Below are positions 34,979-42,641 of a stretch of DNA of 64,000 bases, piece by piece (the first letter of the stretch is position 1; each line of letters begins with the position of its first letter). The DNA is from an uncultured Bifidobacteriaceae bacterium (GTDB taxonomy: Bacteria; Verrucomicrobiota; Verrucomicrobiia; Limisphaerales; UBA11358). The notes below the pieces were generated by a model. That model made no database searches. It had not been told where the DNA came from and saw only the letters and a program-made list of their open reading frames with translations. The DNA lies in contig CAYYWB010000001.1 of assembly GCA_964475285.1 (NCBI GenBank), positions 6,529 through 70,528 on the forward strand, written 5' to 3'. A program made the position numbers and the translations under genes.

Positions 34979-35317
34979 ATGGCAATTTACATGGTAACAA
35001 ATACCCCAAATAAATTGTTGGCGGCTTTCAAAAAAGCCATTGATGACGGCCATGTAGCTACATGGTCTTATGATAAAAACGGCGATTTCACACATACGGC
35101 AACACAATGGAAAGGTCTGGCATGGCTTCGACCATCGGTGGTAGAAAAAGAACGCCTCGTATTAAACATTATGCCACCTCAAAAATCACAAATGTCGTCT
35201 GAGGTGTATGCCATATATCATGGACGTTTCATTGAGTCTATGCTTGCGCACTGTGACAAGCTTTTCACCACCGGAAGTGCGACAGCATTACCCGAAGGCG
35301 ACGATTCTGTTGGATAA
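34979..35317 (+). CDS. hypothetical protein (112 aa)
   Basis: ORF with an ATG start. No recognisable motif. Confidence 0.35.
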   Translation: MAIYMVTNTPNKLLAAFKKAIDDGHVATWSYDKNGDFTHTATQWKGLAWLRPSVVEKERLVLNIMPPQKSQMSSEVYAIYHGRFIESMLAHCDKLFTTGSATALPEGDDSVG

Positions 35318-35324
35318 TAACTAT

Positions 35325-35344
35325 ACTTGCCAAATATGGCAAGT
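35325..35344 (+). promoter_or_regulatory. palindrome copy 7, oriented toward the 3' end of the recombinase gene
   Basis: ACTTGCCAAATATGGCAAGT, followed on the plus strand by CGGA-CCGTCT. Confidence 0.55.
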
Positions 35345-35409
35345 CGGACCGTCTTCCATCAGCTTGTTGGACTCATAATACTGGCCGCATGATATAAAAA
35401 TATCATTCA

Positions 35410-37197
35410 TCACAGCTGACCAGGGGACCCAAACTCGTTTTTGAAGTGAGCGTATATGAGTGCGGCCGCACGCTTGGCTTTACGCACCGAGGTTCTAACA
35501 TCGTCTAAGTCTCCCAGCATGTAAGGACGCATGAAGATAGTTTGCATTTTCTGTCTTTGCGTCACAACGACATTTTCAGGTTCGATTGGCGATATTATGG
35601 GCTTTTCAGGGTATATCACGTTCTCAAGTATCAAGAACGGTTTTCTGGCTTCAAATAACAGCTTTTTGTCTTTCAAAGTTAGGTTCGATTGGACGGTGGT
35701 AAAAATCTCTTTTTTGACACTGGGATCACCTTCGGCGAACCGCTTCTGTGCGGTGCAGGCGACTTCAAAGGTTTCCTCTGACATTTTTAATTGCTGCTCC
35801 AAGCGCTTGTCGGCGTCGTTAATCAATTTCTCCAAAGCCGCCTTTTCACCAAGCAGCTTGCCCCTGAGTTGCGCGTATTCGTCATCGGACAGTAAAATCC
35901 CGTTCTTGTTGCCGGACGATGTCTTGAGATTCAAAAGACCGTCAATCGCTTCCAGGCATTCATGATGCGCCTTCCGTTGGACCTTGATAATCTCATCCTG
36001 CAAGGATTTCTCCTGTTCGTGCAATTCATGCAGGTGTTTGACGGCCCACTCCTTGAACTTCTTGGAAATGGTGATCCACGCAAGGCGTTCGCTAATTTGA
36101 TCCTCCAATTCTTTTCCTGTCACCCCTTTCTGTGGACACAATGGCCTTCGGCTTTTGGAGCAATGGTAATAGGTGTAATGAAGAAACAGCGGGTTCACCA
36201 TCTTTTCAATCGTCGTCTTGCAACGCGGGCAGGCATCGCGGTGTCGGTAGGCAAACTTGAATTTGCAATTGCTGCAAATGACCTGATGTCTTTCATCGGC
36301 CGTCACCATCCGGGCACACTCGCCGCAGCGGATGAGGCCGGTGAATGGAAATTCGTGATGCGCTTGCGGGCGGGGGCTTCCTTTTCGGCCAAGCAACGTC
36401 TGCACCCGGTCATATTCCGCCTCCGTGACCATCGGCTCGTGCTTCCCCTGATACCATTGGCCGCTCCCGCTCGGATATTCAAACCTGCCGCAATAGAACG
36501 GTTTGGTGAAAATTTGGTAGATGGCGCTTCGGGCCAGCGGTTTGCCGCCCATGCGCCGGGTTGGCCGGGTGCGAAAGCCCCATTCAGTGTTGGCCATTTC
36601 CAGAATCTTTGGCGGCGTGTGGAGGCCGGTTAGCATCGTTTCCCACATTTTCCGAATTATCGGGAAACGCTCCGGGTCTTTGATGAGGGTGTTTTGACCT
36701 GTCAGCCTGTCGGTGTGGTTCAAATAGCCCGCCGGGGCCACGCCCGGATACCAGCCGTTCTCAATCTTGGTTTTGAGGCCGCGTTTGACGTTCTTGCTCA
36801 AGTCGTCAACGTATTTTTGAGCCATGCCGAATTCGATATACATGAGGATGATGTTGTCATCCTCGCGGGCATAGCTTTGGGCCGGGGTCATCACTTTGAT
36901 GCCATGTTGCTTGATGGCCCAGATGATGGCGCCGCCGTCAACCGAGTTGCGGGCCAAACGATCCAGTTTCCAGCAAATGACGCCGGCAGCTTCGCCCCGG
37001 TAGAGCCGTTGCATCATTTCATTGAATACGGGTCTTCCTGGGGCTTTGGCGGATTTTGATTCGGTCAATATCTCGGCCACGGGCAGATTGAGTTTTGCGG
37101 CCAACTGCTCCAGTTCGCGGGTTTGCGATTCAATGGAAAGAACCTGCCGGTCTTCGGCTTCTGATGATTTGCGGCAGTAAATGAAATATCCTGGCAT
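35410..37197 (-). CDS. large serine recombinase (resolvase + recombinase + zinc-ribbon domains)
   Basis: The catalytic region is YFIYCRKSSEAEDRQVLSIESQ..WKLDRLARN. The Cys clusters are CGECARMV..CSNC..CPRC. Start at MPGYF (37197), or at 37230. Confidence 0.85.
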   Translation of the reverse strand: MPGYFIYCRKSSEAEDRQVLSIESQTRELEQLAAKLNLPVAEILTESKSAKAPGRPVFNEMMQRLYRGEAAGVICWKLDRLARNSVDGGAIIWAIKQHGIKVMTPAQSYAREDDNIILMYIEFGMAQKYVDDLSKNVKRGLKTKIENGWYPGVAPAGYLNHTDRLTGQNTLIKDPERFPIIRKMWETMLTGLHTPPKILEMANTEWGFRTRPTRRMGGKPLARSAIYQIFTKPFYCGRFEYPSGSGQWYQGKHEPMVTEAEYDRVQTLLGRKGSPRPQAHHEFPFTGLIRCGECARMVTADERHQVICSNCKFKFAYRHRDACPRCKTTIEKMVNPLFLHYTYYHCSKSRRPLCPQKGVTGKELEDQISERLAWITISKKFKEWAVKHLHELHEQEKSLQDEIIKVQRKAHHECLEAIDGLLNLKTSSGNKNGILLSDDEYAQLRGKLLGEKAALEKLINDADKRLEQQLKMSEETFEVACTAQKRFAEGDPSVKKEIFTTVQSNLTLKDKKLLFEARKPFLILENVIYPEKPIISPIEPENVVVTQRQKMQTIFMRPYMLGDLDDVRTSVRKAKRAAALIYAHFKNEFGSPGQL

Positions 37198-37287
37198 TGA
37201 AGTGTGTTCGTAACGAAGGGGAAGCGGCAACCAACGGGGAATACAAGGCCATGCTACCCCGCCAACATGGAAGCGTCAACGAAGCTG

Positions 37288-37440
37288 CTATTTTCCCTTG
37301 TTCAAAATCCCGAAAAAACGAAGCAGGCGCATAGCAATCTCCTGCACTTCATCGTCTGATAATATCTCGCCGAATTCCTCTTGATAAATGGCTTTGAACT
37401 CCTCGATGGCCTCGCGGCTCAATTGATTTGGTGTTTTCAT
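37288..37440 (-). CDS. small hypothetical protein (50 aa) upstream of the recombinase
   Basis: Hand translation gives MKTPNQLSREAIEEFKAIYQEEFGEILSDDEVQEIAMRLLRFFGILNKGK*. It is below the track cutoff and sits 45 nt downstream of palindrome copy 8. Confidence 0.4.
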   Translation of the reverse strand: MKTPNQLSREAIEEFKAIYQEEFGEILSDDEVQEIAMRLLRFFGILNKGK

Positions 37441-37484
37441 GCCGCCACTTTATCGGCTTGTCGCTTCCGGACAAAGACGGTCTG

Positions 37485-37504
37485 ACTTGCCAAATCTGGC
37501 AAGT
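37485..37504 (-). promoter_or_regulatory. palindrome copy 8 (drives the small ORF and recombinase)
   Basis: ACTTGCCAAATCTGGCAAGT. In the minus direction it is followed by CAGA-CCGTCT. Confidence 0.6.
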
Positions 37505-37521
37505 GCGGGCTTCCCGTGTCT

Positions 37522-37550
37522 TTGACAGAAATGTAATAACGTGTTATAAT
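37522..37550 (+). promoter_or_regulatory. perfect-consensus sigma70 promoter
   Basis: TTGACA (37522-37527), a 17-nt spacer, then TATAAT (37545-37550). Confidence 0.6.
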
Positions 37551-37562
37551 ACATCATTGAAT

Positions 37563-37589
37563 GCCGAGCCGGACTGGTTCGGCTTTTTT
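37563..37589 (+). terminator. rho-independent terminator about 13 nt after the promoter -10
   Basis: GCCGAGCC-GGACT-GGTTCGGC followed by TTTTTT. Confidence 0.6.
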
Positions 37590-37594
37590 ATGCC

Positions 37595-37614
37595 ACTTGC
37601 CAGATTTGGCAAGT
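37595..37614 (+). promoter_or_regulatory. palindrome copy 9 (drives the HTH / RuvC-like genes)
   Basis: ACTTGCCAGATTTGGCAAGT followed by GGAC-CCGTCT. The leader contains CACAGGGTTC, as in copies 1, 2 and 4. Confidence 0.6.
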
Positions 37615-37690
37615 GGACCCGTCTTCGATAATTTACGGCACCCGGCTATTGTGGCTCTGTTCGCGCACAGGGTTCGTTCGCATTGCCACC

Positions 37691-38044
37691 ATGTCTTCGC
37701 CTCAACTTACAAATTATCTGAGAACCAACCGAAACCGCCTCGCACTTTGGCAGGAGGAAACGGCCTTTTTGCTGGGCTTCAAGGGCGAAGACAAAGGAGG
37801 CAAGGTGTGCCGTGATGAGAAGTTCACCCGCGAGCCAAGCCTCCGGTCGGCACTGGCGTATGAGGCGATTTACGGTAAACCGATTCGCGAACTATTTGCC
37901 GGCCTGTATCAGCAGATCGAACAGGAGGTGGCGGAAAGAGCCAAACTTCTCACTTATAGGAAAGCTGGGAATCAAAACCCCAAGAGGCATCAGGCGCTTG
38001 CCAGTCTGGTTTCAAGGGTATTGCATAATCCATCACAAATATGA
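37691..38044 (+). CDS. HTH (XRE-like) regulator, putative
   Basis: 117 aa from MSSPQLTNYLRTNRNRLALWQEETAFLLG. It has a 4-nt overlap with the next gene. Confidence 0.4.
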   Translation: MSSPQLTNYLRTNRNRLALWQEETAFLLGFKGEDKGGKVCRDEKFTREPSLRSALAYEAIYGKPIRELFAGLYQQIEQEVAERAKLLTYRKAGNQNPKRHQALASLVSRVLHNPSQI

Positions 38045-38538
38045 ATCAAACACCATTAAAACATTTTCGCATCTTGGCTGTCGCGCTTTCTGCCGGGGGC
38101 TTTGGCTTTGTCGTCATGGAAGGGCAGAGAACGATTATTGAATTTGGTCGCCGGGTGGCGGATGGGGACAAAAACGCCCAATCCTTAGCCAAGCTGGAAA
38201 AATTGCTTAATTTTTACCAGCCTGACGTTTTGGTGCTTCAAGATGTGGAGGCCAAAGGCTCGCGTCGCTATCCCAGGATCAAAACGCTCAACCGGCAAAT
38301 CAAACGGATGGTGGAGAAGCACAAAATTAAGGTGAAACTGATTTCAAAAGGGCAATTGCAGACCTTGCTGCTTGACAATGCAAGGGGAACAAAACAGGAA
38401 ATGGCTGAAATGCTCGCGTCTCAATTTCCAGATGAACTGGCTTCGCGTTTGCCGCCGAAACGCAAACTGTGGAAAAGCGAGGACAGCCGCATGGACATTT
38501 TTGATGCGATGGCGCTGGCCGTGGTGTTTCAGATGTAG
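38041..38538 (+). CDS. RuvC-like / RNase H-fold protein, putative
   Basis: FRILAVALSAGGFGFVVME .. DVLVLQDVE .. DIFDAMALAVV resembles the RuvC strand order. However, the first catalytic Asp position reads AVALS. Confidence 0.3.
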   Translation: MNQTPLKHFRILAVALSAGGFGFVVMEGQRTIIEFGRRVADGDKNAQSLAKLEKLLNFYQPDVLVLQDVEAKGSRRYPRIKTLNRQIKRMVEKHKIKVKLISKGQLQTLLLDNARGTKQEMAEMLASQFPDELASRLPPKRKLWKSEDSRMDIFDAMALAVVFQM

Positions 38539-38853
38539 GATGAAATTAAATGTCAGCCAGGCTTGATTTGATCAAGCGTTGAGTCGTGGGTCATGGTGCG
38601 CCAAATTGTTGCCGTGCAGAAAGGGGCGTTGTGAACAACTTCAATAGAAATCCCGTGAGCGGCGGGAGGCTGCACTGTCAGCTTCTCGGGGCGCTCTTAG
38701 CAGCCTTTTGGACAGATTGCCAAAGGAAGTGTCGGAAACGAAAAGTTAAGCAATAAAACAAGGAAGCCGCCGTGCGTTAACACAGCGGCTTCGCAACTAA
38801 AGGCCATAGACCTAAAGTTGCGTATCGGGTAGATACAAAGTTTAGTTTACGTC

Positions 38854-39123
38854 TTGGCCGCGAAAGGTCAAGCGAACTGTTACTGCTGCGATGGCGAGGT
38901 TAAGAATTTTGGCCGATTCACAAACAAAAACTTCACAGTGCAACGCTGCCGCTGTTTGCGTTGTGGAGAATTATTGTCAGACAAACAGCATTTGGACGGT
39001 ATGCGGGTGGATTTCAACAAGGCGCGCCAAGCGGTGAACCTGCTCTGTGAGACCCCGGCCCAGGCCGCAAATCTTACTGACACTTTAGCATACACAAAAC
39101 CCCGTGTTAGTAAGGGAAAATGA
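38854..39123 (+). CDS. zinc-ribbon ORF, possibly a transposase N-terminal remnant
   Basis: CYCCDG..RCRCLRCGE Cys pairs and a TTG start. It lies in a decayed region. Confidence 0.2.
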   Translation: MAAKGQANCYCCDGEVKNFGRFTNKNFTVQRCRCLRCGELLSDKQHLDGMRVDFNKARQAVNLLCETPAQAANLTDTLAYTKPRVSKGK

Positions 39124-39839
39124 AATCTTGACAAACCCCTTCCCCTTATTATACTGTATGACGCTATGGCCGCTGGGAAAGTGATATTGGATACGGTAAT
39201 CGTATCATTTGTGAGGTTCACCAAGCGCTCCACTGGGGAACTTTTATATGAATGTTTATTATGGGAGTCCGAACAAATTGACCCTTTGCTTTGTCAACTA
39301 GCTTCAAAGCATAAACTTCAGGCAAAGGATATTCAACCTGTTACAGTTGACACAAGGACGTTCACATTCCAAGCAAGTGTTACAACGGAGATGAATGTTC
39401 AATGCCCCCCCCCGACAGCAAGAGTTCCATCAGGGTTAATCACAAGGGAAAAGCCATAAGTCCATTGCCTTGATCACCCTCATTTATTCTTGCCTAAATC
39501 TGCATCCATACCCCGCCTGATTATTTGCCATTGTCACCTTGAAAGACGGGAGCCATTTGTTTTCTAAATCAATGTCAACCCTCGCGGGGGCGATGTGATG
39601 ATTACCGCGCATCTTCCGTATGGAGGATCTGAAGGTCCGGAACCGGCATGTTGGTCGGGCGGTTTGAAATTGCTTTTCTCATCATCCAAGCAAAGCTGGG
39701 GTTGTTAGTTGAGTAAAACATTGTAACTCCGACCACAACAAGGGGGCCCTGCGAAAAAACTTAAGGGGAATAATTTTTTCCAGCCCGGATGTCTTGGTGG
39801 TTGTAAATCCACGATTGGTTGATGGCAACGGCCGCACTT

Positions 39840-41696
39840 TCATTCAGACTGTCGCCGGTCAGGAATCGGGGAGTTGATCATTCCCAGTGCTGTGGAAAGC
39901 AGCTGCTGCTCTTCCGGCAACAAATGGCCTTTGGTTTGAGCGATCTGAAGCCATGGGCTGGCTTGGTCGGCTTTTCCGGCGGCCGCGAGCAATACCCCAT
40001 AATGAAGCGCCACGGATGGCTCGGCGAGTTCCGTTGGCCGGAGTTTCTGTAGCACAGCGACGCCCTGCCTGTCCCAGCCCTGCATGTGCAGGGCAAAGGC
40101 GTAAGTGGAAGCCGCCATTGGATTGCTAGGATTCTTGGTGTAAAGTTCCTCCGCCGACTGGTAGGCCTCGCGCACATCGGTTTTCAACAGCAACGACGTG
40201 ACCACCAGATCATTTTTATAGGATGTCTCGTCGGGGAAATGCGAATTCAAAAAGGCATAAAGCTGGTGCAGGCCAAGGGTGTTGCCGCTGTTGAAATACA
40301 GCAATTCCAGTTCCTTCTGCGCTCCGCGTTCCTCGGGAAAGTCCTGAACCATCTGTAGGAGTAAAGCCTCCTGTTTTTGTTGAAGATGCCAGCTTTCCGC
40401 CAGTTGCAATAATTGTGTCATGGCTTCGCGGTGTCCAGCGGTTGCGCCCATGGCGGCATTCCAACTGGTGTCGGCTTCTCCCGCCGCCCCCAGTTGCGAC
40501 CAGGCCCGGAAAACCAGGGCAAGCCGGAGAAATTCCAATTCATCCCAGTTGCCCTGGGAGGCGCTGTTCAGCAGCGCCGTCCATTGGCCGCTTTGGAGGT
40601 AACCCTGCGCCAAGGCTATCTCGACCGGCCGCTGATGTAGGAGGGGGACGGCCAAACCCGTCAGCCAGTCGAGATTTTCCGCCACGAGGTTGTTCGTCTG
40701 CATCCATTCGGACACTGTCGCAATGGCTGGCGCATTGGTCGCCACCTGTTGTTGCACGGTTTGCAGGCGGTAGTTGAATTCATCGCTTTTCAGCTGACGT
40801 AAAATGTCCAGATTTTGCAACTGGTCAGCCAGGGTTGCGTGCGGGTTGGCCGCCAATTGGCTGGAATAAACATTTGCCGCTGCCACATCATTGTGCAACA
40901 ACCGGTCTGCCACCATGGTTCTAAAAGCCAGCAGACCGAGACTGTCGTCCGACCGCATTTTCTCCAAGATTGCCCGTGATTGAACTTGCTCCGTCTTGTT
41001 CGTCGAGGTCATCCGGAGGATGGCGGCGTTCATCCTAAAAAGTCCATTGTTCGGCTCCAGTGTGGCTGCCGCCTCAAAGTGGGACTCCGCCTCTGCCAGA
41101 TGATAGGTGTGCATGGCTAAGCTGGCGGCGACCACCTGATAGCCGGCAGTGTTGGTGGCGATTGGAGCGAGTTCTTTCAATATCTTAACGGTGAGCGGAT
41201 ACGGCGGCTTTTGATAATTCAATCCCGCCGTCGCCAGACTTAATTTATTTTCCACGGTGGGCTCATTGATCACAATGCGCAGCAGCCATTCCAACGTCAG
41301 TGGCGAATGGTCACGGTCGTCGAGTATGGCGATAACGCGGCAGGCTGGCAGGTTGTTGGGATTAAGCATGAGCGCCTGCTTGGCACTCAAGTCTGCGTTG
41401 TGATAATCTCCGCGGGCCAGAAACGCCTGAGACTCCTTTTGCCAACGAATTTCCTTGTAGTGCCGGTAATGACGCAACCCAAACCTGAACGTCCCGGCCA
41501 GCGCAACCGCAACCACCAGGATGAGGGCGGTTGCTACCAGCCAAGAATAAAAACGGTAATATATCTCGCTCCAGGTGCGGTAACGATCCATGTGCCGGAA
41601 ACCGAGCTGGCGAAACCAAGCAATTGCGTCGAGCGCTTTCCGACCGACGACATTTCCTTCCATCCAATTCCAAAAACGATTTTCGTTTTCGTCCAT
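39840..41696 (-). CDS. membrane-anchored TPR-repeat protein
   Basis: The TM helix is FYSWLVATALILVVAVALAGTF, followed by many TPR-like repeats. I chose the start MDENENRF at 41696; the 801-aa track ORF reads into an IS remnant. Confidence 0.55.
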   Translation of the reverse strand: MDENENRFWNWMEGNVVGRKALDAIAWFRQLGFRHMDRYRTWSEIYYRFYSWLVATALILVVAVALAGTFRFGLRHYRHYKEIRWQKESQAFLARGDYHNADLSAKQALMLNPNNLPACRVIAILDDRDHSPLTLEWLLRIVINEPTVENKLSLATAGLNYQKPPYPLTVKILKELAPIATNTAGYQVVAASLAMHTYHLAEAESHFEAAATLEPNNGLFRMNAAILRMTSTNKTEQVQSRAILEKMRSDDSLGLLAFRTMVADRLLHNDVAAANVYSSQLAANPHATLADQLQNLDILRQLKSDEFNYRLQTVQQQVATNAPAIATVSEWMQTNNLVAENLDWLTGLAVPLLHQRPVEIALAQGYLQSGQWTALLNSASQGNWDELEFLRLALVFRAWSQLGAAGEADTSWNAAMGATAGHREAMTQLLQLAESWHLQQKQEALLLQMVQDFPEERGAQKELELLYFNSGNTLGLHQLYAFLNSHFPDETSYKNDLVVTSLLLKTDVREAYQSAEELYTKNPSNPMAASTYAFALHMQGWDRQGVAVLQKLRPTELAEPSVALHYGVLLAAAGKADQASPWLQIAQTKGHLLPEEQQLLSTALGMINSPIPDRRQSE

Positions 41697-41953
41697 AGGA
41701 GGAAAAAATATCAGTTGGGATTTCCCATATGGTTGTTTTCTAGTCCACGACCACGACCAGTATAGGTCTCTTTCGCGATTCTCGTCTTGCTCGACCAATT
41801 TGCAAGAACTTTTTGCGGTCGTTTTTCCAGTCCGCCCTTGGTTTTCTCCGGCACCGGGGGTGTTTCGGAGCGACTTGCGCCTTTTCACACGCTTTTCCAC
41901 CCTATGCGAAGCCCCCTCCTCCGTGGCTTCCGTTGGTTTGACATGGTCGGCCT

Positions 41954-42605
41954 TCATCCTGACATCGCGGGTGTCAATCTCAGCCGGCCAATGCTTTCCA
42001 GAATGGCCCGGAATAACTCTCGCGGAACCGCCGCTTCCGCCATTTGGAAGATGATCTGCCGGGAATGGCGCACGACCTTCGCCCCGATCTTGATCAATTT
42101 CTCCCGTAGCGGCGTCAAGGTCCAGTGACGCACAGCCCGGGGCAACACCGCCTGCCGCAGGAAACTGCTCAAGTTGTAAGTCTGCACGAACAGTTGCAGC
42201 TGCATCTGGTTGTCCACAAAGTCGTGACAGGGCAGACGGGTTCATTTGACGGCGTTCTTGCCTTCCTTAATCCACTGCTCCGCCATGCCCCGTTGGTTGT
42301 AGGACCGCACTACCCGTTTGGTGGGCTGAATTTGATTGGTCACGATAAACCCGACGCGAGGGACAGTTCGCCGCAGTGCCGCTCAACCTTCGTCACCACG
42401 TACTGGGCACTGGACCAACTCTCGGCCTACTACAAAAACCCGGCATACCAAACCACCGGCATGTTCGAGGGGCGCCCACCGGTCGGGTCAACGCTGGCTC
42501 GATGTCCCGCAACAGCGCCTCATCGCCCCTATAGGCCAACAACACGGCATTAGACGTGACCTTGGAACCGTGAAGCTCCAACTTCAAACGACGATCGAAA
42601 CTCAC
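41954..42605 (-). pseudogene. IS1380-family transposase remnant (internally deleted, in-frame stop)
   Basis: ..YNQRGMAEQWIKEGKNAVK*TRLPCHDFVDNQMQLQLFVQTYNLSSFLRQ.. matches the family hallmark ..AEQWIKEGKNAVKWTRLSCHxF... TGA replaces the Trp codon near 42240. Only about 650 bp remain. Confidence 0.6.
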
Positions 42606-42641
42606 ATTCGCAGAGCCTGCTTTTTACCCGCACCCGCACCT

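Noticed and set aside
35962-36633. A 223-aa plus-strand ORF lies inside the serine recombinase gene. The similar ORFs 42690..43382 and 44091..44690 lie inside the kinase gene, and 49609..50190 lies inside the sigma factor gene.
   Set aside because: All are antisense to genes with strong catalytic motifs. They show the skewed composition of shadow ORFs.
7030-37614. I considered reading the TGGCA-containing palindromes as sigma-54 (-24 GG / -12 GC) promoters.
   Set aside because: On neither strand is TGGCA followed by TTGC at the required 10-bp GG-to-GC spacing. The element is a true palindrome (ACTTGCCA-N4-TGGCAAGT), and no EBP-type activator gene is present in the element.
39166-39459. A 97-aa ORF lies in the decayed region right of the element.
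   Set aside because: It has no motif, no RBS and no operon context, and it sits in a region full of remnants. I did not report it as a gene.
41697-42245. The track gives the TPR protein an N-terminal extension, making an 801-aa ORF.
   Set aside because: The extension is an alternative-frame read-through of the IS1380 remnant (Gly/Arg/Ala-rich, no start context). The TPR protein more plausibly starts at 41696 or slightly downstream.
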